Part shown: positions 8,882 to 17,882 of the stretch, piece after piece
How positions within the stretch are numbered: position 1 is the first letter of the stretch
Layout of the letters: each line of letters starts with the position of its first letter
DNA from: an uncultured Gemmatimonadales bacterium
Lineage (GTDB): Bacteria; Gemmatimonadota; Gemmatimonadetes; Longimicrobiales; RSA9
DNA length: 64,000 nucleotides
Assembly: GCA_963798845.1 (NCBI GenBank)
Contig: CAWCUS010000001.1
Location: forward strand, 567,850 to 631,849
Reading direction: 5' to 3'
The notes under the pieces: generated by a model
What the model was told of the DNA's origin: nothing
The model's database searches: none
What the model saw: the letters and a program-made list of their open reading frames with translations, nothing else
Made by a program: the position numbers and the translations under genes

Positions 8882-9742
8882 TTACTTCCGGTCCGTGGTG
8901 CCGGTCGCATCGGGCCGCCCGCCCATGTCCACGACCGCGCTCCAGTCCGCGCCGAGATCCACCGGCCGGACGTCCAGCACCTGCTCTCCCGCGACCCGCA
9001 CCCGCAGCCGCTCCAGCCGCGCCGGCACCGTCACCTCGTAGGCCGCCGCGGCCCTCTTCCGGTTGTCGATGGTCAGCGCCGTGGGCAGCACCATCATGTC
9101 CGCCTCGCCGTCACCGCCGCGCACCCGCGCGCTCACCGTCGGAGCGTCCGAGAGGCGGAACGTCAGCGTAGCGCCTTCCTGCCGGGCGAGGACCTCGACC
9201 TCCATGGCATCGCCCGAAGGACGGAAAGCGACGATCGCTCCCGTAGTGGCCAGCGCCCGCGCACCGGCGGCGGCCGTGTCCGACTGCACGACGGCTGGCG
9301 CCGGCACGCCCGCCAGACGACCCAGGAGACCGGCCATCCAGTGGCCGACCGGGGTGGCGGTCACGACCATGGCGCTGCCGGCCACGAGCACGCCGGCCAC
9401 GGCGGCCGCCCGGGCCAGGGGTGCGAGGGGCGCCCAGCGGGGACGGAAGCGCGTGGAGTGCTTCCGTTCCGCCGCCTTGCTCGCCGCCGCGTGCCGCACG
9501 GCCGCCAGGCTGGCCGCCCGGCGCACCGGATCGGGGGCGGCGGCGGGGAGGTCGGAAAGGGCGACATCGAGACGGTCGGCCGCCTCTCGCCAGCTTTCCA
9601 GCCGCCCTGCACACGCGGGGCACTCATTCACATGAGCCGCTGCCGATGCGCGCTCCTCGACGTCCATCTCCTCCGCCATGAGGCGGAGGAGATCTCCGTT
9701 GTCGAGGTGTGGATCGGGCCGTCTCATGTCTCTCCCGTTCAT
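8882..9742 (-). CDS. anti-sigma factor (zf-HC2-like N-terminus, one TM segment, periplasmic domain)
   Basis: The N-terminus contains HVNECPACAGRLESW (an HxxxCxxC-type zinc motif). A hydrophobic segment (LARAAAVAGVLVAGSAMVV) follows. The gene lies directly downstream of an ECF sigma gene. Confidence 0.75.
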   Translation of the reverse strand: MNGRDMRRPDPHLDNGDLLRLMAEEMDVEERASAAAHVNECPACAGRLESWREAADRLDVALSDLPAAAPDPVRRAASLAAVRHAAASKAAERKHSTRFRPRWAPLAPLARAAAVAGVLVAGSAMVVTATPVGHWMAGLLGRLAGVPAPAVVQSDTAAAGARALATTGAIVAFRPSGDAMEVEVLARQEGATLTFRLSDAPTVSARVRGGDGEADMMVLPTALTIDNRKRAAAAYEVTVPARLERLRVRVAGEQVLDVRPVDLGADWSAVVDMGGRPDATGTTDRK

Positions 9743-9828
9743 CCGGCGCGCCTGCGGAGGCCGTCGTTCCCTTCTTCCGGGCGTGGAACGAGTGGGCGTG
9801 GCGGATTCTTACATGGCGCAGGGGCCGC

Positions 9829-10365
9829 TCAGAGTAGCTCCTTCGCCTCGGGCGCGAGCTCGTTGGAGAGGTGCTTCAGGGCGCGGGCGAGGAGGACGCC
9901 GACCGACTTGGGATTGACGCCGAGCGTCTCGGCGATCTCGCGGTGCTTGAATCCCTCCTGCTGCATGAGCAGGAGCGTGCGCTCCTTGAGGGAGAGCCGG
10001 TCGAGGGCGGCGCGCACCGTGCGGCGACGCTCCTCGGCCTCGAGCTGGCCATCCGGATGGACGGGCGGATCGGCCATGGGGAGGGCGTCGCCGGACCCCC
10101 GGAGCAGGGTGAGCCGCCGCGACCGCACGCGGGCGCGATCCCGGACCAGATTGGTCGCCACCGTGAAGAGCCAGGCGCGTGGGTTCGCGCGGTCGGGAGC
10201 GCGGTCGACCCAGCGGATGAACGTCTCCTGGGCGATGTCAGCGGCCAGGTCCCGGTCGTCCGTGAGGCGGACGAGGTAGGCGAAGATCTCGTCGTGGTGG
10301 GCCTCGAACAGCCGCTCCACGTCGCGACCGAACGGCCGGTCAGAATCCAAAGTGAACTCCCGCAA
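9829..10365 (-). CDS. ECF sigma factor
   Basis: Region 2 (DLAADIAQETFIRWVDR...NPRAWLFTVATNLVRDRAR) and region 4 (LSLKERTLLLMQQEGFKHREIAETLGVNPKSVGVLLARALKHL) are present. The annotated start overlaps the upstream receptor gene by 26 nt. A GTG at 10320 is an alternative start. Confidence 0.85.
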   Translation of the reverse strand: MREFTLDSDRPFGRDVERLFEAHHDEIFAYLVRLTDDRDLAADIAQETFIRWVDRAPDRANPRAWLFTVATNLVRDRARVRSRRLTLLRGSGDALPMADPPVHPDGQLEAEERRRTVRAALDRLSLKERTLLLMQQEGFKHREIAETLGVNPKSVGVLLARALKHLSNELAPEAKELL

Positions 10366-12835
10366 GCGGGAGCCGGGGGATGCCGGCCTTGAAGCGGTCC
10401 TGGAGCACCTGGCCGGCGGCGCACGCGGCCGGGGGCCCCGCCTCCTGGCAGCGGTCGACGGTGCCCGCGTACGTGATCCGGTTGGCGGCGCCGAGCACGT
10501 TGAGCACGTGGAGGTAGGCGCTCAGGCTCCAGCGTCCCATGTCACGTCCGTACTCCACCATCAGGTCGAGGCTGTGATACGTCGGGGTGCGGCTGCCGTT
10601 CGCGAGCTCGAGGCGCGGCACCGAGTCGACGATCACGCGCGTGAACGGGACTCCGGACGCGTATGAGCCGGCGGCGCCCACGCGCCAGTGGGCGTCGAGA
10701 CGGTAGGACGCGGACGCGTCCAGGCTGTGGCGGATGTCGGCGGACGACGGGTACTCGATGGAATCGGCGCTCATCTGCGCGCCCGCCAGGGCGTAGCCGA
10801 GCGACCCTGTCCACCGCCCGGCCAGCCGGCGGACGGAGAGCTCCAGCCCGCGCGCCGCGCTCTCCGCCTCCACGTGAGAGCGGTCCGCCCGGAGCGTCCC
10901 GGCGGAGGGATCCGGCTCGGTGAGGCCGCTCATCGTCCTATGGTAGACGTTGGCGGCCAGGAGCCACGTTCTTCCCAGCCACAGCTCAGTCCCCGCCGTG
11001 GCCATCTCGGCGCGCACCGCCGGGTAGCCTCGCCCGGCCAGCACCCACAGGTTGCTCAGATGGAGCTCGGGGCCCAGCGGCCCGGCCGTCGCCCCGATCG
11101 CCTGGATGTACTGCGACGAGCGCCCCCAGCCGGCCGAGAAGGAGAGCTCGGGCGTGGCCTGCCAGCGCGCCTGGAGCCGGGGGAGCACGATCCGCTCGCC
11201 GCCGTTGCGCACGGAGTCCCCGCTCTCGACACGGAGTCCGGTCTCCAGCTGCAGCCCATCGATCGGCTCCACGCGCACTTCGCCCCACGCGGCCCGGTAG
11301 TCCAGCGATGCCGTGAGCTGGAACGGGATGCGGCCCAGCGAATCGGAGACCAGCCCGGGGATCCCCTGGCCGATGAGGGAGAAGGGGCCATCGTAGCGGA
11401 CCCGGTCCTTCACCATCTCGTAGCCGAACGACCACTGCAGGCGCGGCGTCCAGGCGATCCCCGACGCCGCCCCCACGCTCCACAGGTCGTGGTCGATGCC
11501 ATTCTCGAGCGCCGGGAGCGTGACCGCATCGGCGTCGGCGCCGAGGGTCTGCGTCGCCCGCCACTCCTCGTCCACCACCGTGCTGAAGCGCGTGGCGCCG
11601 CGCGTGGCGCTGAACCGTACCCACGGAAGCGGAAGGCGGAGCGTGACCTGCCCCATGCGGTTGCCCCAGCGCCCGTCGTTGTTCACCAGCAGGCCGGGGA
11701 TGTCGCCGCGCAGCCGGTCCATCTCCCGCAGCCCGCTGGCCTCCACCTTCAGCGGACCGAGGTCGAGGTCCGCGCGCGCCGTGATGTCCGCGAAGTCGTA
11801 CGGCACGCGAAGGTCCGAGCGGGGATTGAAGTAGTGCCACGCGTCGGCCAGGAAGTCGACGTACGTGCGCCGGGCCGCGACCATGTACGACCCCAGCCCC
11901 GCCACTCCGCCGTCCGCCTGCAGCTGCGCGCTCACCAGCGACAGATCCGCGGACCCGTTCAGCCAGCGGTCCCGGCTCCCCGTCCGCGACTCCAGGTCCA
12001 GCACCCCCGCCGCGCCCGGACCCGAGCGCGCCGGCCGCACCCCGGGCTGGTACGTGACCTTGCCCACGCCGTTCGGGCTGATCGACGAGAACAGCGAGCC
12101 GGCGTGCGTGGGGTTGAACAGAGGAAGCCCGTCGAAGTAGACTCGGGTCTGCGCCCAGTCCGCGCCGCGCGTCCAGAGCACCGCCGTGTAGTCGTCCCGG
12201 CGGCCGACCCCGGGGATCCGCTGGAGGGCGCGGAACAGGTCCGTCTCCCCGAGCGTGATCGCCTCGGATACGTCCCCCGCGGTGAGACTCCGCACATCCG
12301 AGCTCAGGTACTCCGCCCGCCTCACCGCCACCGCCGCCAGGCGCGCACCCACCCGCTCCGCCTCCGGCGAACGCGTGCGAGGGAACGGCTGCGCCGGCTC
12401 GTGCCGCACCGCCAGCACCCCCAACGGAATCGGCGACACCCTCAAGCCTACGGTCAGGCGCCCGCTGGCCCCGCCGAGCAGCTCCACCTCCACGGTCCGG
12501 CGCGCGTACCCGGGGCGGTCCACGTGCAGCCAGTACTTCCCCGCGTCCACAGCGTCGAACAGGTAGGCCCCCAACGAGTCCGTCAGCGTCTCCCGCAGGA
12601 TCGTTCCCAGCGGCTCGCCCGAAGCCGCCGGCGACAGATCGCGCGGGACGTCCCGCGGCTCCAGCGCCACGCGCGCCCCCCACAGCGGCTTCCCGTCGGC
12701 CGCGTCCACCACCCTTCCCGCGATCGTCCCGCGCAGCACGAGCGCCGCGGAGCGCATCCCCGTCTGCGCCGCCACCCCCCGCGTCCATGCGCAGCTCGCC
12801 ACCAGCGCCAGTCCCACGTACAGACACACCCGCAT
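10340..12835 (-). CDS. TonB-dependent receptor-like outer-membrane protein with CarboxypepD_reg N-terminal domain
   Basis: Translation most plausibly starts at MRVCLYVGLALVASCAWTRGVAAQ, which gives a signal peptide. A CarboxypepD_reg-like segment is present (GTIAGRVVDAADGKPLWGARVALE...GAYLFDAVDAGKYWLHV). A plug-like segment follows (DLFRALQRIPGV...VYFDGLPLFNPTH...). The rest is a long beta-barrel-like region ending in an aromatic residue (VHFGF). Confidence 0.8.
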   Translation of the reverse strand: MRVCLYVGLALVASCAWTRGVAAQTGMRSAALVLRGTIAGRVVDAADGKPLWGARVALEPRDVPRDLSPAASGEPLGTILRETLTDSLGAYLFDAVDAGKYWLHVDRPGYARRTVEVELLGGASGRLTVGLRVSPIPLGVLAVRHEPAQPFPRTRSPEAERVGARLAAVAVRRAEYLSSDVRSLTAGDVSEAITLGETDLFRALQRIPGVGRRDDYTAVLWTRGADWAQTRVYFDGLPLFNPTHAGSLFSSISPNGVGKVTYQPGVRPARSGPGAAGVLDLESRTGSRDRWLNGSADLSLVSAQLQADGGVAGLGSYMVAARRTYVDFLADAWHYFNPRSDLRVPYDFADITARADLDLGPLKVEASGLREMDRLRGDIPGLLVNNDGRWGNRMGQVTLRLPLPWVRFSATRGATRFSTVVDEEWRATQTLGADADAVTLPALENGIDHDLWSVGAASGIAWTPRLQWSFGYEMVKDRVRYDGPFSLIGQGIPGLVSDSLGRIPFQLTASLDYRAAWGEVRVEPIDGLQLETGLRVESGDSVRNGGERIVLPRLQARWQATPELSFSAGWGRSSQYIQAIGATAGPLGPELHLSNLWVLAGRGYPAVRAEMATAGTELWLGRTWLLAANVYHRTMSGLTEPDPSAGTLRADRSHVEAESAARGLELSVRRLAGRWTGSLGYALAGAQMSADSIEYPSSADIRHSLDASASYRLDAHWRVGAAGSYASGVPFTRVIVDSVPRLELANGSRTPTYHSLDLMVEYGRDMGRWSLSAYLHVLNVLGAANRITYAGTVDRCQEAGPPAACAAGQVLQDRFKAGIPRLPLAGVHFGF

Positions 12836-13220
12836 CAGCGCCCGGATGGGCGCGATGCCTGCAGCGTTGCCGGCGGGTGACGATGGGAGCACGACCTGCT
12901 GGCCCGGGTCAGCATAAAAGCACGACGGCCTCGCGGCCTGTCCTGTACGACGCGCCGAAATGTGCACTCGCGACATCTGCGTCACAAGGGGGAAAGCGAT
13001 GCGAAACGACCTATTCCGCGGCGGCCTGACCCGGGGGGATCGAAGCAGGATGACCGGCCACGCGCGCGCTTCCGGCCCGCAGCACCTCCAATAGTGAGCT
13101 AGTGGGCCCCACAGCAGATCAATGTAGATGCGGCGGGCGAGTGGAGGAAGTGCGGGGACGGGTCAGCCGGTGGCAGGTGACGGTCGGATCGGCGACGGGG
13201 CGAGCAGGGGGGAGGGGTGG

Positions 13221-13592
13221 TCAGCCGTGGGGTGAGGCGACGGGTGGGGGACGAACGGGGTGGTGCGGGGGCGAGGGAGCGACGATGGTTCGGCCGCGGA
13301 GCTCGTGGTCGATTGCGGCGAGGACCTCCTCGTCGGTGATCCAGCCGTCGTCCCAGAGCGCGGTGAACGCGTTGCGGGCGCGGCCGAGGCGGTCGCGGCG
13401 GACGGAGCCCGGGGCGCCTGCCTTGTAGGAGATGACGCAGCCGGTCCAGCTGCCGCGCAGGACGCGGCCGTTGGCGAGGTCGTCCCTGAGCTGGACCAGG
13501 CCGTCGAAGCTGAACTCGGCCAGCTCGGCGCCGAGCTCCGTCGCGGCGGTGTTCCGGTGCTGTTCGGTGCAGCGCTCGAGCGAGTATTGCAT
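13221..13592 (-). CDS. hypothetical protein
   Basis: The ATG opens MQYSLERCTEQHRNTAATELGAELAEF... Third-position GC is strong. The gene is divergent from the D-TA-like gene. I recognise no family. Confidence 0.45.
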   Translation of the reverse strand: MQYSLERCTEQHRNTAATELGAELAEFSFDGLVQLRDDLANGRVLRGSWTGCVISYKAGAPGSVRRDRLGRARNAFTALWDDGWITDEEVLAAIDHELRGRTIVAPSPPHHPVRPPPVASPHG

Positions 13593-13771
13593 CGGCGTCG
13601 GGGTTCGCGGTGCGTCGGGGATGGGGGCGGTGCAGAGGGCGTGCCGGGAAAGCGGAAAGTGACGCGAGAGCCGAAAGTCCGAAGGCCGGTCCGGTCGCGA
13701 CCGCCCGGTCGACCAGCGGGCTTCGCCGAAGAGGGTGGGCGAAGCAAAGCGTGCACACGTAGTATTCATGC

Positions 13772-14923
13772 ATGACCGACGAGACAGCGGACGCGGGGAG
13801 CGTCGAGGAGATCCGGACGCCGGCAGCAGTTGTGGACCTGGAGCGGATGGAGGCGAACCTCCGGCGCATGCAGGACTACGTGGACGGCCATCGCCTCCAG
13901 CTGCGGCCGCATACGAAGACGCACAAGGCTGCGTGGATCGGGGCAGCGCAGGTGTCCCTCGGGGCCCGGGGGCTGACCGTGGCGACGCCGGTGGAGGCGG
14001 AGCGAGTGGGGCGGGCGGCGCCGGAGCTGCTGGTGGCGTACCCGGCGCTGGGCGCGCGCGCGAACGCGATCGCCGCGGTGGCGCAGGAGCGTCCGACGCT
14101 GGTGGCGCTGGACTCGGTGGAGGCGGTAGAGGCGCTGCGGCGGGCGGTGGACCGGCAGCCGGAAGCGTCGCCGGTGCGGGTGCTGGTGGAGCTGGACGTG
14201 GGGATGCGCCGTTGCGGCGTGCCGACGGGTGCCGCGGCGGTGCCGGTTGCGAAAGCGTGCGCGGGCGGCGTCGCCTACGAGGGGATCCTGTTTTACCCGG
14301 GGCACATCCGGCAGCACGTAACGGAACAGGACGCGGGCCTGGAGGGGCTGGCGGAGGATCTGAACGCGGCCATCGAGGTGCTGGGAGACGCGGGGCTGGC
14401 GCCCTCCATCGTGAGCGGCGGCTCGACGCCGACGGCCTTCCGCTCCCACGAGGTTCCCGGCCAGACCGAGATCCGGCCCGGCACGTACGTGTACAACGAC
14501 CGCACCACGGCGGCGATGGGGGCGTGTGCGTGGGGCGACTGCGCGTACACGATCCTGGCGACGGTCATCAGCACGGCGGTGGCGGGGCAGGCGGTGGTGG
14601 ATGCCGGCTCGAAGTCGCTGTCGAGCGACCCCATGCGAGCGCCGGGCTTCGATGGCTACGGCCAGCTCCTGGACCGCCCCGGCGTGACGGTGGCGCGCAC
14701 GAGCGAGGAGCACGGGATCCTCGACCTTTCGGGCACGGACTGGCGCCCGCGCGTGGGCGACCGGGTGCGCATCATCCCGAACCACGTGTGCGTGTCGGTG
14801 AACCTCCAGCCGCGGGTGTTCGGCCTGCGCGGTGACGGGATCGAGCGGGTATGGCCGGTGGAAGCGCGCGGCTGGTGGGCGGCCAGCCACGGCACCCCCG
14901 TCCCCGTGGCGGGCGGGACGTGA
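13772..14923 (+). CDS. PLP-dependent D-threonine aldolase / D-serine dehydratase-like enzyme (alanine racemase N-terminal fold, DSD1/D-TA family)
   Basis: The sequence contains TPAAVVDLERMEANLRRM...LRPHTKTHK (putative PLP lysine in HTKTHK), YPGH, and RPGTYVYND...AGSKSLSSD...EHGIL...RVRIIPNHVCVSVNL. This pattern is typical of the family. Confidence 0.75.
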   Translation: MTDETADAGSVEEIRTPAAVVDLERMEANLRRMQDYVDGHRLQLRPHTKTHKAAWIGAAQVSLGARGLTVATPVEAERVGRAAPELLVAYPALGARANAIAAVAQERPTLVALDSVEAVEALRRAVDRQPEASPVRVLVELDVGMRRCGVPTGAAAVPVAKACAGGVAYEGILFYPGHIRQHVTEQDAGLEGLAEDLNAAIEVLGDAGLAPSIVSGGSTPTAFRSHEVPGQTEIRPGTYVYNDRTTAAMGACAWGDCAYTILATVISTAVAGQAVVDAGSKSLSSDPMRAPGFDGYGQLLDRPGVTVARTSEEHGILDLSGTDWRPRVGDRVRIIPNHVCVSVNLQPRVFGLRGDGIERVWPVEARGWWAASHGTPVPVAGGT

Positions 14924-14940
14924 CGGAGGGCACGGTGCGC

Positions 14941-17268
14941 ATGCAGCGAGCGGTGACGATGTCGTCGGAGCGCGTGGTGCGGGTCGGGTGTCCGGCGCAC
15001 AACTGCGGCGGGCGGTGCCTGCTGCGGGCGCACGTTCGCGACGGCGTCATCGTGCGGCTGGAGACGGACGACCGGCCCGATTCGGTGGCGGACCCGCAGC
15101 TTCGGGCGTGCACGCGCGGGCGGGCGTACCTGCGTCGGCAGTACCACCCGGACCGGCTGATGCACCCGCTCCGGCGGGTGGGGCGTCGCGGCGAGGGGAG
15201 GTTCGAGCGCATCTCGTGGGACGAGGCGCTGGACCTGCTCGCCTCGGAGATACGCCGGGTTCGGGACACGCACGGCAACGGCGCGCTCTTCGTCCCGTAC
15301 GGCACCGGCAGCTACAACCAGACGAACGGCTCCCAGACGGCGCGTCGGCTATTCAACCTGTACGGCGGCTGCCTCGGCATCTGGAACAGCTACTCCTGGG
15401 GCGCCATCAACGTCGCGACGCCCACCGTCTACGGCACCGTCGAGACCGGCAACCAGCGCCAGGACTGGCTGAATGCCCGCCTGATCCTCATGTGGGGGTG
15501 GAACCCGGCGGAGATGCGCGACGGGACGAACAGCGACTGGCTGGTGAAGGAGGCGAGGCGCCGGGGGGCACGCGTCGTGTGCCTCGATCCTCGTCTCAGC
15601 ATGAGCGCGGCGGCGCTGGCGGACGAGTGGGTGCCGGTACGCCCCGGGACGGACGCGGCGCTCATGAGCGCGATGGCCCACGTGATCGTGGCCGAAGGAC
15701 TCCACGATAGCGATTTCGTCGGCACCCACTGCCAGGGCTTCGATGCGACGACGATGCCTCCCGGCTTCGAGGACGTGGAGACGTGGGAGGACTACCTCTT
15801 CGGTCGCCGCGACGGCCAGCCGAAGACGCCGGAATGGGCGGAGCCGATCACCGGGGTGCCGCGGGAGACCATCGCCCGGCTGGCGCGGGAATACGCCACG
15901 GTCAGGCCGGGCGTGCTGTACCAGGGATATGGAATGCAGCGCCGCGCCTGCGGCGAGCAGGTGGTGCGCGCGGGCGCGGCGCTGGCGGCGCTGACCGGCA
16001 ACGTGGGGGTCCCCGGCGGCTGGGCGAGCGGGCTGGCGCTCCAGGCGCCCGACGGAGGGCCTCTCTGGAACGTGTTCCCCGTCGGCCGGAACCCGGTGGG
16101 GGCGGCCATTCCGGTGTTCCTGTGGACGGAGGCGGTGCTGCGCGGGCGGGAGCTGGGGGCGCGCGATGGGGTGCTGTTCGGGGATGCGGGGGGCGGCGAG
16201 GGGTCGGAAAGCGCGGCGGCGGCGGCGGGCGGTGGGGGCGCCGGGAATCGTCGCCTGGAGAGCGACATCAAGCTGATCTGGGCGGTGGCGAGCAACGCGC
16301 TTGTGAACCAGCACGCGGACATCAACCGCACGGCGGTGATCCTGGCCGATGAGTCCCTGGTGGAGTTCATCGCGGTGCAGGACAACTTCCTGACGCCCAC
16401 GGCGCGCTTCGCGGACCTGGTCCTGCCGGCGAGCACGCAGTTCGAGACCTGGGGTGTGGAGGACGGCTGGAAGTACGGCGACGAGGTGCTGCTCATGCCG
16501 CCGCTCGTCGACCCGCCGGGCGAGTGCCGCTCCGACTACGCCATCTGTGCCGACGTGGCCGGGCGACTCGGAATCGGGGGGGCGTACACGGAAGGTCTGG
16601 ACGAGCGCGGGTGGGTGGAGTGGTCGCTGGATCGCTGGCGGGAGACGCGCTTTCCGGACCTGCCGTCGCTGGAGGAGCTCGAGGCGACGAACCAGGGCGT
16701 GTACTCGCGGCCGGTGACCGAGCCCGCGGTGGCGCTGGCCGACTTCCGGGCCGACCCGGAGGCGCACCCCCTGTCCACCCCATCGGGGAAGATCGAGATC
16801 TTCTCCGTCGCGCTGCACGCCCTCGCCAGCCCCGAGGTCCCGCCGGTGCCGAAGTACATCCAGGAGTGGGAGAGCCCGTTCGGCGAGGAGGCGGCGTGCT
16901 ATCCGCTCCAGGCCATGGGACACCACACCATGGCCCGGGTCCACTCCACGCACGACAACAACGACTGGCTGCGGGAGGCGTTCCCTCAGCGCGTGTTCAT
17001 CAACGAGCTGGACGCCGCCGAGCGCGGAATCCGTGACGGCGATGACGTCCGGGTCTGGAACGATCGCGGCGAGATGATCCTCGCCTGCCGCGTCACGCCG
17101 CGGATCATGCCCGGCGTGGTGGACATTCCCCAGGGCGCGTGGTGGCGCCCGGACGAGAACGGGGTGGACCGCGGTGGCGCGGTGAACGTGCTGACATCGG
17201 CCAGGTGGACGGCGCTCGGCCACGCCACGGCGCAGCACACGATCATGGTGCAGGCGGCGAAGGCATGA
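14941..17268 (+). CDS. molybdopterin oxidoreductase catalytic subunit, DMSO reductase family (DmsA-like), no Tat signal
   Basis: The N-terminal FS0 cysteine motif is VGCPAHNCGGRCLLR. Sequence typical of the DMSO reductase family runs throughout (LMWGWNPAEMRDG, GTDAALMSAMAHVI, LPASTQFETWG). No RRxFLK motif occurs at this start or in the in-frame upstream extension. Confidence 0.85.
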   Translation: MQRAVTMSSERVVRVGCPAHNCGGRCLLRAHVRDGVIVRLETDDRPDSVADPQLRACTRGRAYLRRQYHPDRLMHPLRRVGRRGEGRFERISWDEALDLLASEIRRVRDTHGNGALFVPYGTGSYNQTNGSQTARRLFNLYGGCLGIWNSYSWGAINVATPTVYGTVETGNQRQDWLNARLILMWGWNPAEMRDGTNSDWLVKEARRRGARVVCLDPRLSMSAAALADEWVPVRPGTDAALMSAMAHVIVAEGLHDSDFVGTHCQGFDATTMPPGFEDVETWEDYLFGRRDGQPKTPEWAEPITGVPRETIARLAREYATVRPGVLYQGYGMQRRACGEQVVRAGAALAALTGNVGVPGGWASGLALQAPDGGPLWNVFPVGRNPVGAAIPVFLWTEAVLRGRELGARDGVLFGDAGGGEGSESAAAAAGGGGAGNRRLESDIKLIWAVASNALVNQHADINRTAVILADESLVEFIAVQDNFLTPTARFADLVLPASTQFETWGVEDGWKYGDEVLLMPPLVDPPGECRSDYAICADVAGRLGIGGAYTEGLDERGWVEWSLDRWRETRFPDLPSLEELEATNQGVYSRPVTEPAVALADFRADPEAHPLSTPSGKIEIFSVALHALASPEVPPVPKYIQEWESPFGEEAACYPLQAMGHHTMARVHSTHDNNDWLREAFPQRVFINELDAAERGIRDGDDVRVWNDRGEMILACRVTPRIMPGVVDIPQGAWWRPDENGVDRGGAVNVLTSARWTALGHATAQHTIMVQAAKA

Positions 17269-17882
17269 CGCGCTACGCCTTCTACTTCGACGCGTCGGCG
17301 TGCTCCGGGTGCAAGGCGTGCCAGGTGGCCTGCAAGGACAAGCACGACCTTCCGGCGGGGGTGCGCTGGCGCCGGGTGTACGAGGTGGTCGGTGGAGGTT
17401 GGGAGCGCAGGGGCGGTGCGTGGGTGAACGACGTCGTCGCCTGGAACCTGTCGATGGGGTGCAATCACTGCGAGCGGCCGGTGTGCGTCGAGGTCTGCCC
17501 CGCCGGCGCCATGCGCCAGCGGGAGGACGGTCTGGTCCTGATCGACCCGGAGCGGTGCCTCGGGTGCCGGTACTGCGAGTGGGCGTGCCCGTATGGTGCC
17601 CCACAATACGATGCCGGCGCCGGACGCGTCTCGAAGTGTACGTTCTGCGTGGACGAGCTGGATGCGGGGCGGCCCCCCGCGTGCGTGGCAGCGTGCGGGC
17701 TGCGCGCCCTCGACTTCGGCGACCTGGCCGAGCTGGAAGCGAGGCACGGACCTGTGCCGGCGGCGGCGCCCCTGCCCGACCCTGCACTGACGCGGCCGGC
17801 GCTGCGCATGACGCCCCACCGCGACACGGGGCGGAGCGTCGACGTGCGCGTGGGGAACCGGGAGGAGGTGAGTTCGCCGTGA
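17265..17882 (+). CDS. 4Fe-4S ferredoxin-type electron-transfer subunit (DmsB-like)
   Basis: The sequence starts MTRYAFYFDASACSGCKACQVACKDKH and includes CNHCERPVCVEVCP, CLGCRYCEWACP and CTFCVDEL...ACVAAC. The ATG overlaps the dmsA-like stop (ATGA). Confidence 0.9.
   Translation: MTRYAFYFDASACSGCKACQVACKDKHDLPAGVRWRRVYEVVGGGWERRGGAWVNDVVAWNLSMGCNHCERPVCVEVCPAGAMRQREDGLVLIDPERCLGCRYCEWACPYGAPQYDAGAGRVSKCTFCVDELDAGRPPACVAACGLRALDFGDLAELEARHGPVPAAAPLPDPALTRPALRMTPHRDTGRSVDVRVGNREEVSSP

Noticed and set aside
14851-14940. An upstream in-frame extension of the DmsA-like gene as a hidden Tat signal peptide.
   Set aside because: The extension (MAGGSARLVGGQPRHPRPRGGRDVTEGTVR) has no RRxFLK motif or hydrophobic h-region. 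It also overlaps the 3' end of the preceding PLP-enzyme gene.
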